Assembly (NCBI GenBank): GCA_964016885.1
Contig: OZ024746.1
Location: 9,548,001 to 9,612,000, forward strand
DNA length: 64,000 nt
Source of the DNA: Eledone cirrhosa
Lineage: Eukaryota
Reading direction: 5' to 3'
Shown in pieces: positions 25,192 through 39,650 of this stretch. Numbering within the stretch: position 1 is the first letter of the stretch; each line of letters begins with the position of its first letter. The notes under the pieces were generated by a model. The model saw only the letters and a list, made by a program, of their open reading frames with translations, was not told where the DNA came from and made no database searches. The position numbers were made by a program, and so were the translations under genes.

Positions 25192-27553
25192 TATATATAT
25201 ATATATTTCGTTGATTTGGTATTGTGTGGCTAGGTTTACCTGCTGCAATTTTCAATTTGTCAAGCTGTCTAAACATATGTTATTACTCTAAGGCCTACAA
25301 CCTTATTGAGTGCTTTGCTGCACATTCCTAATTGTAGGTCGTTAGCTTGGCCACAGCCAAAGCTTCGATTTTACTAAGCTTCCACTTGTATATATATGTA
25401 TATATATGTATATATATGTATATATATATTTATATATATGTGTGTGTGTGGCCACATACACTTGCAAATTTTCTTCATGGTGTCATACTTTCTTAACTTT
25501 GTGTTTACTCTGGGTGAAAATGTGCTAACTTTTCACACCAATGCATTGTGACTGCCTCAAACAATTTGATTGGTAGCTACTCTACTGCAGCTACAACTTC
25601 GATTTATACCTATTATTTATATATATATATATATATATATGTATATACACACACACACATACATTGTTGATGTTCTTTCAATCTTTAAGGTCTCTCCTTA
25701 TTGTCAACTGTGATAGTCTGTTGTTATTTGATAAGTGTTACAATGTTATTTTTTTTAATTTAAAGTGTTTCCAAACAGATCTGGATTATTCTCACTTGAT
25801 AAGATCTGGTTGAGTCCCAATGTCAACAACTGTTGAAAATATTCAAATATTTCCAATTATTTTCAACATTCTGCTCATTATTTTTCTTGTTACTCTTTAA
25901 TACAATAGCAATGGTGGCTTGTTATAGGAATGTTGTTTTTACATTAATATTTTTCTAGTACTAGACATTTAATTAGAACAATATTTAGAACAAAAGCAAA
26001 AATGAAAAGCGAAACCAATAAAGTTTTATTTTATGTATTTATTTAATTACTTTTTTAAAAGCTATGCTTTGTTTGATGTTGAAATAAATCAAATGTGTCA
26101 CAACAATTTTAGTTTCAATATATTACATAACAATCAATCTAGATATAATCTTAAATATAAAACAGACATGCTTTTTATTATTTTGACTCTTCAGCTCAAG
26201 GAAACACGGCTCAGGGCTTTTACAACTCAAATGTCTCTGATAAGAAATAAATAAGAAATTGGAAAGATAAATCGAATTTCTATAAAACAATTAATATTTG
26301 TTCATTAAATGAATATAGATACATGCATATATACATACATACATGATGGCTGCAACTCAATTTTGAGTAATGCCGTCACTTGATACATAAGCATGAGCAT
26401 TATGGACGTGGCTTTTTAGTCCTCCAAGAGACTTGCCTATGGCCAGCAATATCTAGCATTGCAAAAAATGTCACATATCAAGTAATGCTTAAGTTTGAAG
26501 CTATTTTAAGTGAGGAAAGGGTTTGCACAGAGTCAATCCCACTCTCTGAACATCAAATGCATTTACCCAAAAAGAAGAGTTCGTCTACATCATTGGATGC
26601 AAACAAAGTCACACGTTTTATCTCAGTGACCTTCTCCTAGAGAGATGTCTTAATGAAGACTAGGAGTCCAAAGTTCCACAAAAAAAAGAAAAAGAATTTT
26701 ATTGGATGACCATTGGCTCTCTTGAGTTCCTCTGCCCTTTAACAGGTCTTGTTTTTCCCCCCACAGGGTATCCAAAATCACCCCCTTCGCCAAGCAAGCT
26801 TGGTAGGGTTGCCGGTTTAGTTGCCAACAACCTGACCATGCACAGGTTGTACTGGGTTACATGTTACCAGTAGCATGCATTCATACATACATACATGTGC
26901 ACATGTACGTTTATGATAGATAGATAGGTGATAAATTGGTAGATTTGTTAGTGAGTTGGATTAAATTCCTTAAAGTATTTGTCCTGGATCTCTGTTCTGT
27001 GTTCAAATCCCACCGAGGTTAACTTTGGCTTTCATTCTTTCACAGACTTGTCTAGGGTAGTGGATTGGTGAAATAGTTATTGTGTTGGACCTTACAGTTT
27101 CTATCGTGGCCTTTTACTTTCTGATTTTACTTATGACACTATTACTGTCAACCTGTGTTATTCCTTGCCTTTGCTTTCAAGAACATTGTTGGGAGACTTA
27201 CAGGCAAGTGCTGGTCTTTCATTTAAACAATTTATCTTTACTTTAAAATGTCTTATCCAAACCATGTCAGATTAGAAAAACAGATATAAAGCTAATAAAA
27301 TGTTGTAGTTTGCTTGAAAGAGATAGAAGGCTAAACAATGCAAAATGGACTGTAGGATAAAGTATTGAAAAGTAAGTTACCTGGTAATCTTTGACTTGTT
27401 TTTTTTTTGTTGTTATTGTTCTTCTTTTTTCTGTCTAATATTTCGGGACCTAAAGGTCCCTTCTTCAGATATAAAACTTGATGATGATAGAAATACGTGT
27501 GTGTGTGATTTTTTTTTGTATATACATACACATATATATGTGCATGTATATGC

Positions 27554-27635
<82 letters not shown>

Positions 27636-28939
27636 TTATATGTGTGTGTGTGTGTACAGTATAAATATACACGCATTTATATAAAAAATGTATATGTATA
27701 AATAAGTGAATAAATGTCCATGGATCTGAATACCAAAGAGTAAGTATACTGGCAGAAATTTCTTGAGATTCTAATGAAATTGACTGATATTGGCAAATTA
27801 AAAGAAAACAAATCTTCAAAAGACGATGACAGACAACTTAAATAGATCTTCTTTCTGTGCTCTTACTTGCCAAATAATACTACAGAAGGTGGATGAGATA
27901 TTAACAGGTATTTGCCTGTCAGTCTACTGTGAATTTCCAATTCCTTGTCACTTATAATGAATTTATCATACAAAGAATGAATCATAGGATTTACGATTAG
28001 ATTAAATTGAACTAACCCTATCCACCAGAAATATAGCATTTGCTTTTATTAAGCAGAAACTGTTAATACAAGTATTTCTTTGAATTTGGAAACTATTCTT
28101 TCCTATTAACTTCCAGATTTTAAGCAACAGACACAATTATTGAGGTCTTTTATTGATATTATTAAAGGAAAGCTAAGCAAGTAAACAATATTCTGAAGCA
28201 ATATATATATATATAAATATATATATCGGAAAAGCAGACGTAAAAACGAGGATGATTATATATATATATTTATATATATATATACATATATAGTATCTTT
28301 AATGTAGATCAACTACATTAACTTCACATACTCTCACATAAAACAGCTCATATATGACCGTGCAAATTTACATACATTGATTGATGCATGGATATAAATA
28401 AGAATAGATGACACTACCACCACCACCGCCACCACCAACACAGCTACGACCACCACTACCACCACCACCACCAAACACAACATATAGACACATATAGCTT
28501 ACTTTCTGTAAGAGGTGATCTACAGTATTTTAGGTAGGTTAATTCTCTACTCAAATATTTACTGATAATCTTTTGGTGTTTACAATAAAGAATCTGAGAT
28601 GAATGTAACCAGTATTATTCATAAAACTCTAAATTTCTATTCTATCTCATTATTCTAGATGAATGCCCTCTCTTTACAGATAAAATTGCTAGATTTTTTT
28701 TTCTGCCTTCTTTATATTTAAAAAAAAATAATTCCGTTTCATATTCATTTTATTTCATTCAAGATATCTCAAGCTTACATGAACTGTATGGAATAGCTAT
28801 AACACACATATTGTATCCTTGAGCATTGTAGCTGTGTGGTATACAAATTGTATACCTATTCCATCCATAACACTGAATACTTATTCAATATATAACAATT
28901 ATTTCCTTGTTCCACTACTCAATAAAATCCCGATGGCTG

Positions 28940-29001
<62 letters not shown>

Positions 29002-31217
29002 TTTCTTTATAAAAGTTATTTCTCATCTGTAACCCTTAGAAATACCTTGAACGGATTTCATCGGTTTTGTCTGAAATATTTACATTTAAACCACTCTATT
29101 TCTGTTTTGAGGAGAATAATGGTTACAATCACTAAATATAATTTCATACATCATTTCTGATGTCTTTATAGTCCTGTATTATTAATGAAGTAACTCCTTT
29201 TTTATCATATAACTCTAAGTTTAGAATTATTGATTAAATATGAGGTCATCTTTTTGTTTAAATTCTGACAAATTTCTCCACATCAGTCTACTACAATTTA
29301 AATTTGAAAACAAAGCAAATAAAATGTTCAGTGACCATTAAATATATCTTAGAATTTCAGATCAAAATTCCATTTTTCAACATGTAACATTGTTTTTTAC
29401 TCTTCCACACGGAAAACAATCTAAGCTAGCGTAAAAACATATTTCACGAAGTGAAAAATGGAATTTGCAGCTAAAAATATTTATTTATATTTTTACTCTT
29501 CCATAAAAAAATCACTTTAGACTGCAAGCCAAAGCACAAATTTCTTTGTAGTTATACATCCTGCTATAAACAGTGCCAAATCTTGTCCTAATCATATTGT
29601 ACTGTCTTAAAGATATGTAAAAGATTTGGTTGCTATTTCTACCAGATATTGTGACCCCATAGACACTCTTTTTTGGGGGGGCTCATTGAGTTTACTTTTT
29701 AATCAGTGTTAGTGTTGTTTAGCTGATCAAGACCACCATTCCAACATTTTTTGACATTTTCTATATCAAGGACAGCATTAATGAAGAGGTAGAACCCTGA
29801 CAGCAAGCTTTGCCATTTCAATATGTCTCCACAAGCTTATGAAAACCATCATTTAAAAACAACTGTAGGTTGATAATTGAGGCAGATTAGCTGCTAGTTT
29901 TAGTAAGACAACTAATATGTATGCCCACTTGTTGGCCCAAGATTGTTGTTGTTTTTGCTCAATTGTGACAAATCAGACTTGTGATCAAAAAGCATTCAAA
30001 CAGTGACCATCATGAATTTTGTGTGCACCAAGGACATGATCCAATGTGTGTTTCCATTTCTTAAGACAGAAAGGTATTTAAAAGACATTTGGTTGCTATA
30101 GTTTGCAGATAAAGGGATCATAGCAGCTCTATCATGAAAAAGCAGACACAAAAATGATGATGATGATATATTTATATATATAATCTCTGTTGAAACCTAG
30201 AATTCACATTTATTATTAAGTCTTTGTGTGAAAAATCTGAATAATTCTCCTTAGTGAGTTACTGACCCAAGAAAATCATGTTTTGTTTGATTTTGTTTGT
30301 GTTTTGCAGGAAGTGAATGCGTGGGTATCCAATATAATATAAATGACATATGAACATTAGATGAATTGATATAAATGATGCATGTATCATCTATGTGAAG
30401 CCACTGCAGCATGAATGAAGATAAAAATATTGCTATATTAATATATAAAATATACACATTACAATAAAACCTTCTTTCATTCAAGAGAATAATCATTTAT
30501 ACAAAGATTTACCTGATAAGATTTAAACAATGAAAAAGCTCTCTTTAAATTCATATATAAAGTTTTTTCTCCTATTACATTTTGTTTGTTTATTTGTTTC
30601 AACAGAATATTTTACTTTGTTAAATTATAGTCTAGAGAATATTCCATATATATATGTGTGTGTGTGTGTTTAGTTTTATATATATATATATTGTGTGTGT
30701 AAACAGAAGTAACAAAACAAATGGCGCAGTACATGGAAGAAATATATAACGTTTGAAATAGCAGGAAGAGTGTTTTAACGTTTTGGCACTAGTCTTTCAT
30801 CAGAAGACAATTTGAAATAGAAGATAAATAGAAAGTACAGTGATAAGAAGAAGGAATGGGGAAAATGAGGGAGAAAATGTGAGATTCATTCAAGCCATGC
30901 CATCATGAAAAGACATAAAATAATGATATAGATATATTTTTCTTTCACACAAACAGAACTATGTGTAAGTTCTAATTATATAGATAAATGCCTTGTATAT
31001 AAGACTGTGTAATCTCAGAAGGGCTGGTCTTCCTCTTATGTTTTAACACCAGCATATTTAGCAGACTCCACTCTGTTGCAAGTATTCAAGTTAGGTCTCC
31101 AATCTAAGGATATCTCACTCCTTTACTCCCACCAGACCCCAAGAAGTTCATGAGCACTGTCATTTCTTTTCTGAATAAGCTATAAAAATGCTCATTTAAA
31201 TACACATTATTATTATA

Positions 31218-31337
31218 AATTCAAATCCCGCCGAGGTTGACTTTGCCTTTCATCCTTACGGGGTCGATAAAATAAAGTATCAGTAATGCACTGGAATAAT
31301 TACTGGCCTTGTGCCTAAAGTAGAAAGAATTATTATT
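31218..31337 (+). mobile_element. SINE family B, 5'-truncated
   Basis: Starts at the B box TTCAAATCCCGCCGAGG; (ATT)n tail. Confidence 0.85.
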
Positions 31338-31573
31338 AAAACATGTATATGAGTGAAATACTATTAAGAAACTTAATTTCATTCGTTATTTAACTGGAGA
31401 GAGAGAGAGGGAGAGAGAGAGAAGCCGTGCACAAGTTGCGTCTGAGTTGATCCTGAATGTGAGGTTAATGTTGTTTACATTTAGCCTAAACATATGTAGG
31501 TTGATGGATGTAGTAAAGAACATCTGAGTTAGAGGAGAGTTCTAGTTGTGGTGCAATGTTTAGTGCAGCAGAA

Positions 31574-31623
<50 letters not shown>

Positions 31624-32292
31624 AGAAATAATAAAGAGATGAATATAGGTATAAGTATGCAAGGTAAAAGGAGAGGAAATGTGTATGTTTGTGTAAGGAA
31701 TAATAGAGGGAGATTGCATTCATTCACATTTAACAAGAATAAATACATTATGGAGTCGACAGACAAGGTGTACAGAATGTTTTGTTGTGATTGTGAATGT
31801 ATATGTGTTTAAATGTATGTATGTGTGTTTATCTCTACATAAAATGTCATACATTACAAATAACCAACCTTTTTTTATTTATGGCAGCAATTATTTACCA
31901 TTCAACAAACTGGGTATCTAATCTATAAGACAGCAAAAGACAGAACATTACTTAGGAGTCACCACCTTTTTTCTTTGACTGGATAATATTTCAGATAGGG
32001 AACTAGTAAAGCAGCTCATTATTTCATGCCTTTTGAAAGAAAGATGTGCACAATTTATTTCGTCAGCCATTTTAACAGTATGCACACAGCTATTTGAGTA
32101 TTTGGGTGTGTACAGGTGCACACATTCATGGCAGCACATATAAATATATATGAATTGCTGCTGCCTATGAAAAAGGCACAAAAAGGGAAACTTAGAATAG
32201 GTGTATAAATTCTACATGTATTGAGTACATTTTTCTTTCTCTTGTTTGAAAATTCAAATACACACACACGCACACACACATATAATGTATAT

Positions 32293-32872
32293 ATCATCAT
32301 CATCATCATCATCGTTTAACATCCATCTTCCACGCTAGCATGGGTTTAGACAGAAATTGTCCCACTTGAGGCAAGATTAGTCGTCTCACTCATATAGGAC
32401 TGTCTGGCAGGTTTTCTATGGCTGGATGCCCTTCCTAACACCAACCACATTTACAGTGTGGACTGGGAGGTTTTTACCGTGTTACCTACACGGCCACATT
32501 ACAGCGTGAACTGTGTGTTTTTTTGTTGTGACACCTACATGACCTCATTTATTTAGGACTGGATGTTGTGGTACCAACATAACTTTACAGAGAAAGGTGG
32601 TGTTGATGGGGGAGTTGGGGTAGTGGGAGGGGGGGGGGGGGGGTATATTTGATTAAGAGGTGCCTACTGACTGTAGGTTTCGCTTTGTACTTAGGCAAGG
32701 CGGGTCTTCTGTATTACTGTGTAGCGCCATTGTCTCAGAGAGGTGTAAGTGTGTAAGGTCGGAATTTATCAAACCATCCCAGGTTTCTCAGGGTCTGCCT
32801 ACTCCATAGCTACCGTCTATTTTGATCGCCCTGCACTTTTTTATACAGCTGTCATCTTTCATGCGCATCACA
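32293..32872 (-). mobile_element. 5'-truncated RTE LINE, second subfamily
   Basis: Minus strand encodes VMRMKDDSCIKKCRAIKIDGSYGVGRP*ETWDGL, followed by a 3' UTR and (GAT)n tail. Confidence 0.85.
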
Positions 32873-32992
32873 CATTATATACACACACACATTATATATA
32901 TACACACACATTGTATATATACACACACATTGTATGTACACACACATTGTATGTACACACACATTGTATATACACACACACATTATATATAT

Positions 32993-33038
<46 letters not shown>

Positions 33039-33825
33039 ATATATATGTGTGTGCGTGTGTATATATAATGTGTGTGTACATACAATGTGTGTGTGTGTGT
33101 ATATACAATGTGTGTGTACATACAATGTGTGTGTGTATATATACAATGTGTGTGTATATATATAATGTGTGTGTGTATATATACAATGTGTGTGTATATA
33201 TATAATGTGTGTGTATATATATCATCATCGTCCTTTAATGTCCATTTTCCATGCTAGCATGGGTTAGACGGGTTGACCCATTAGAGGCAAGTTGCGTCAG
33301 GTGACCGTTTCTTGCTCATATAGGCTAGATTTCTATAGCTGGATGCCCTTCCTAACACCAAGCACATTTGCAGTGTGTGCTGGGTGCTTCTTGTTGTGAA
33401 TCCTACACATGTCATGACATCTTCCATTTGTTTATCAATCAAACAAGTAACTTTCAGTGTAGTTTTCTCATATCTTTATTTTAACCTCAATCAGCAAATG
33501 TATATTGCTTCTTTCAGTTAAAACATCCATAAACAAGACAGGTATTTAATTTCAAAATGTATACATTGTATTTGTCTTTTTTCAGTAACTATTACTCATT
33601 CTGTTATTGTGTTTCAGTATTTCTGTTCAATTCCATTCAAGAAATGACATCTTTCTGTAATCTTTGTCTAATTCTGTCATTCAAAGTTGGGCAGTATTCT
33701 GTGACTGAAAGTTTTTTCATCTGTTTGACTTGTAATTACTTGTCTTCATAAAACCATCTCTTCACTTCGTTACTCTTCTTATAATCTCATTCTCTTACTT
33801 TCTTTCATTATTCTCACTCTCTTTC

Positions 33826-34014
33826 GGGCGGTGGATTGGCAGTATCGGTAGTGAGTCGGACACCATGCTTTGAAGCATAGAGTTACGTCCCTTCATGATC
33901 TCAGTTCAAATCCCGCCGAGGTTAACTTTGCCTTTCATCCTTACGGGGTCGATAAGATAATGTACCAGTAATGTACTGGGTATCGCTGGCCTTGTGCCTA
34001 AATAGAAACAATTA
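33826..34014 (+). mobile_element. SINE family B with 19-bp TSD
   Basis: TSD ATTATTCTCACTCTCTTTC at 33807-33825 and 34011-34029. Confidence 0.9.
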
Positions 34015-34816
34015 TTCTCACTCTCTTTCATAAGGGTCATTATTTCTTCACCTTCTCTCTCTCTCTCTCCATATATATATATATATATATGTGTTTGTGT
34101 GTGTGTATATACAACTCACTCGCTTTTCTTACAATCAATATTTGCCTCCACATTGTCTCTTAATTTCCCCATACCCCCACCCCTTAGCCTCACATGCAGA
34201 CATTATGATATCATACACAAATTCGTCCCCATATCATTTTTTATTTCTTTCATTTACTTTGTTGTTTAGACACTCACTATACTTACGTTATTTTATCACA
34301 TTAACTTTCTAATTGCATTTCTCTACTGTAGAGCTCTATCTTGTTTTTGTAATTGTTGATTGATAAACAAATGGAATATGTCATGACATGTGTAGGATTC
34401 ACAACAAGAAGCACCCAGCACACACTGTAAATGTGCTTGATGTTAGGATGGGCATCCAGCCATAGAAATCTAGCCTATATGAGCAAGAAACGGTCACCTG
34501 ACACAACTTAGCTGCACTATCTCTGCTTCTTTCATGCTCTTTTCCATCTCTTTCTATATTTTATTGTCTATTTGCCCGAGTGCTAGGTGCCTGCTAACTA
34601 ATTCTCTCTCCCTATTCTTTCAATCTTCTACTTATCTATTTATCTATCTATCTACTCTACGTCTGTATATAATACTTTCTTTCCTTTTCGTTCACATGTC
34701 TCAGCACAGCCATTACTTTCTCCTTCAACATTCCTATAGCCTAACAGAATGTATTTGAGCCAACGAACAAAAAATGATAACATGTAACTGGACCTTTCAC
34801 ATAGTGATTCTGATTT

Positions 34817-34919
34817 TCCGAGGTTGACTTTGACTTTCTTCCTTACGAGGTCAATAAAATAAAGTACCAGTAATGCACTGGGTAATTGCTGGCCTTGTGC
34901 CTAAAGTAGAAACAATTAT
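34817..34919 (+). mobile_element. SINE family B, 3' half
   Basis: CCGAGGTTGACTTTG...GGCCTTGTGCCTAAAGTAGAAACAATTA. Confidence 0.82.
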
Positions 34920-35767
34920 ATATTGAATTTCAGTAGTTATTAGATGGAATGAATCAGTATTTTATAATAGAAATGAATGCTGTTCAACTGTGTTGCATTA
35001 TCCAAGATAATATCAAACATATTGGTATGTCTTTCTTTGGATCTCATTAATATTACCAAAATGGGACATAAGATCACTGTTAAAAACGATACATAGATGA
35101 ATAAAGACATTGATTTATTGATTGATTGACTGATTATTAATTTACTGATTGGCTAATAAGCAAGAAATAAATGTGACACAAGCATTGCATTTCACCATGG
35201 AATAAGTATCAGCACTTACACTTCTGAAAGGACTTTAGTTGTTAGAATTTTTTGTTATATATCTTATAAATCTCGTGTATGGAAAAATAATTATGTTATC
35301 TGATTAGACTCTTCTTAGATGTCTCCAAGTTACTCTTAGTTATACTGAAAAATTATAATAGGTATTACTTACACAAACAGCAGTACTACATTAGAAACAG
35401 GCTTACCAACAGCTATGAACAACTTACATGACCATTATTAAATCTAGAAAACCTTTTGACTATTTGATATTATTCATAACCAATATTACAGACAAGATAG
35501 TAAACCGTGTCTTTTGTAGTCTAGACATTAAAAAAAATCTAATGACAAAATTGTTAGACATATATTCAAAATTAAGTACTGACTTGGTCTATGATGGCAA
35601 CGCATGCTAGTAGGAAAAAATGGCATTCAATGGTGATATATATATATATGTGTGTGTGTATGCGCATAATATTTGTATATTTATATATACATACATATGT
35701 ATAAATACATATATATATATTTATATATATACTACAATGCACAGAACTATAATAATAAACATAAAGT

Positions 35768-36143
35768 GGAGGCACATGGCTTAGTGGTTAGAGCATTGGG
35801 CTTGCAATCGAAAGGTTGTGAGTTCAATTCTCAGACCGGGTGATGTGTTGCTTCCTTGAGCAAGACACTTTATTTCACATTGCTCAGTTTACTTAGCTGT
35901 AGAAATAGGAAGATAGGACTGGGGTCCCTATCATTCCACTGCAAAGTGGTCGTGGAGGTGCCACGGCAAAAAAGCACCCAGCCCACACTGTAAAGTGGAC
36001 GTGTAGGCGCCACAGAAAAAAAGCACCCAGCACTCACTGTAAATAAGGTTGATGTTAGGAAGGGCATCCAGCTGTAGAAATCAAGCCAGAATCAGTTCCC
36101 ATCTCACCCCTGCAAGTAGGGAAAAGCAGGCGTAAAATGATGA
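35768..36143 (+). mobile_element. SINE family A, full length (long variant)
   Basis: Aligns to 14386-14766. Confidence 0.92.
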
Positions 36144-36695
36144 ATACCCTTGGGGATGGAAAAAAGCAAAAGGTTTTTGTATATGTAGCCATTTTTAGTG
36201 ACCACACATATGCACACACACACACGCACACACACCATATACCACCTGGTAGTCTGAAGAAGACGGTCAATCAAAATAGATAGTAGTCTAACCACTTCCA
36301 TGCTAGTTGATACATCGATCTCCCACAATTAATCCACCATCTGAAACAATCGTAAAACAATCAACTAATTTCCTACATACCTCTAACTTCTGCCTTTTTT
36401 CATACATGTATATATATATATATATCATCATCATCATCATAATAATATATATATATATATTGTTATACTTGGGGAGGGTCATATTGTAATAATATTGCCA
36501 GAAATAATAACAGGACACACTCACTGTTTGGTTGGTTTTCACTTCTGCATCTTTTATATATATATAAATTTTTTGCTTTTAAGAAACCACTGGTAAATGA
36601 AATAATTGCCTTATGTTGTTTATTACATAACTATTAAGCTCTGTTACCTACATAGAGCACTCTTTTTTCCTGGACTTTTCCGACAGAATTACTTC

Positions 36696-36746
<51 letters not shown>

Positions 36747-37569
36747 TATGGTTATCCCAGGTTCAATCGGGGGTAACCACAGTAAGTAAGGTACTCAGTA
36801 CATAGAAGAGTATAAATATTTAATATAAAAATGGCTTCTACAGGACTAGAACTGCTTCATTCAGCTTCCTGATGATTTTTCCTGAATGAAACAGTTCTAG
36901 TCCCGTAGAAGCTATATATATATGATGCACTTCTACAGTTTGAATCAACTAAATTCCTCTCACAACATACTGATAAACAAGTTTATTCTGCATTAGTTTG
37001 TATATGTCTTCTTACTATTTATTGTTTCTTCATATATATTTTGATAGTTCAGTTATTAACATAAAGAAGCTAGTATAATATATGTCACATATTTCTTTTT
37101 TGTTTCTTGTTAGATATTTGGTACGGTGGGGGACGAGATTTTTTTTACATATTTTTCCCCCTTTTTTGGACTTTAACAAAAGTATCAAATAAACAAAGTA
37201 ATTTCCCCACAAAAAGCTACCAGCACACCATACCACACTCACCTCTAGGAATTTATCGATTTTCTGTCATCATTATCTTTCTATAGATATATTTCTGATA
37301 TTCACTCATTATCAAATTCCTTCTGCCGTTTATCATTGCTTTGATTTGGTCTACACGTCTCTTTCAAAGATATATGAAGCCTACACAGGAAAACAATGTC
37401 AGAATTATTGGCATTCTTCATCTTCATCGTATTATTGTTGCTGATGCATGACCATTGCAATATCCCATTTCCAGCTCTCTCGCTATATATATAAATATAT
37501 ATATATATAATGTAGGTATGCATATATATATATTTTATATATATGCATATCTACATTATATATATATAT

Positions 37570-37768
37570 ATAACAAAGGAAGTGTGGTAAGGAACCAGAT
37601 GGACCATAACGCACCAGAGTACTCAATACTTAGGGTAGTAGAGTGGGTAATAGGTAAATGCTTAACCACGACGGCAGAGCTCAAGCCATTTCGACGGATA
37701 TTTCAGTCCAGAAATAGCCGTCGAAACAGCTTGAGCTCTGCCGTGTCGGGGGTTAAACATTTTCCTAT
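37570..37768 (-). mobile_element. Hairpin-plus-tail element, second copy
   Basis: Tail 37570-37647 is the reverse complement of 18537-18614; longer hairpin 37650-37768. Confidence 0.8.
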
Positions 37769-37770
37769 AT

Positions 37771-38055
37771 ATCATCATCATTTTATCATCATTTTACGTC
37801 CGCTTTTCCCTGCTTGCAAGGGTGGGACGGGAACTGATTCTGGCTTGATTTCTACAGCTGGATGCCGTTCCTAACACCAACCTCATTTACAGTGAGTGCT
37901 GGGTGCTTTTTTGCCGTGGCACCTCCACGACCACTTTGCAGTGGAATGATATGGACCCCAGTCCCTATCATCTCATTTCTACAGCTGAGTAAACTGGAGC
38001 AATGTGAAATAAAGTGTCTTGCTCAAGGAAACAACACATCACCTGGTCTGAGAAT
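37771..38055 (-). mobile_element. SINE family A, 5'-truncated
   Basis: Lacks most of the tRNA head; otherwise aligns to 3171-3445. Confidence 0.9.
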
Positions 38056-38844
38056 GGATATATATATATATATATATATATATGATGCTACTGACCTCTG
38101 TCAGGCCGGGTGGAAGTGCATCTAATTTACATATGGTCCAATGCTCTACTGAGTACATTTTATTATGTCCACCTGGTATCTTACCACACCCTCTTTGTTG
38201 TATATACATATATAGTATATATAACTGAATATGGCCTCCAATCTTTTATTTATTATATATATATATATGTCTGTATATAAATAGTTTGTCACAGTCAAAG
38301 GCTATACAGGTCAAAGACACATCAACTTGTTCATATGTTTCATATTCAGCATAGTTTCTATGGCTGAAACCTCTTCCCAATTCGAAACATATTACAGAGT
38401 TTACTAGGTGTATTTTATGTAAAACATAATTACATTTTACTGTTTCTTTTGCACCTGGAATATTGAATTGACTTCATGTCTTACAGCTATCATCAGATAA
38501 TCTGTATTGCTACAAATCTTAGTCTAAACTCATTTATTCATATATTTATTGCTTTCTATAACCTGCTACTGTTTCACATATTAATAAGAAACAATGTTTT
38601 CCTTACATTTTCCGTACTTTATTTTTTTCCATCTCATATTCATAGAAACCAAGTCTTCTTTTTCAACTGTTGGCCATCTCCCATTACTATCTTGAATGCT
38701 TGCTCACTTAATTATCATCTATTCTCATCATCACAATAGAAAAAACTGTCTTATTTCCTTATTTCACACAATAGCTGGAGCATTTAAGAGCCAGCTGCCT
38801 TCTTAGACACTTCATACTCACTCTATTCATTAACAGCACACACA

Positions 38845-39180
38845 TATATATACACATATGTATGTATATATATATGTATGTATATATATATGTATGTATT
38901 TATGTGTATATATATATATGTATGTATGTGTATATATATATATGTATGTATGTATGTGTATATATATATATATGTATGTATGTGTATATATGTATGTATG
39001 TGTATATATGTATGTATGTGTATATATGTATGTATGTGTATATATGTATGTATGTATGTGTATATATATATGTATGTATATATATATGTTTGTATGTATA
39101 TGTATGTATGTATATATATGTATGTATGTGTGTATATATATGTATGTATGTGTATATATATATGTATGTGTGTATGTATG

Positions 39181-39219
<39 letters not shown>

Positions 39220-39352
39220 ATGTATATATATGTATGTATGTATATGTATGTATGTATATATATGTATGTATGTGTGTATATATATGTATGTATGTATATA
39301 TATGTATGTATGTGTGTATGTATGTGTGTATGTATGTATATATATATATATA

Positions 39353-39401
<49 letters not shown>

Positions 39402-39430
39402 ATGTATATATATGTGTGAGTGTATGTGTG
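38845..39430. repeat. Compound (TA)/(TATG)/(TG) microsatellite
   Basis: Low-complexity tract producing YI/MYV artefact ORFs; similar tracts at about 9600-9870, 13645-13890, 18615-18895 and 27520-27660. Confidence 0.95.
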
Positions 39431-39650
39431 GATATTTATATATTCAGTCAACTGCAGCCATATTATTATTCTTTCCCATTCCTGGATCCCCTACTTTTAT
39501 TGCTATCATATTACTCTAGAAATACAAATCCAATATTGGCTACTTTCCTTAAGCAAGGAGAATCTTGTCATCAAGATAATTGCAAGGTAGAAGACATATA
39601 TATATATATGACAGACATATATATATATATTTATATATATATATATATAT

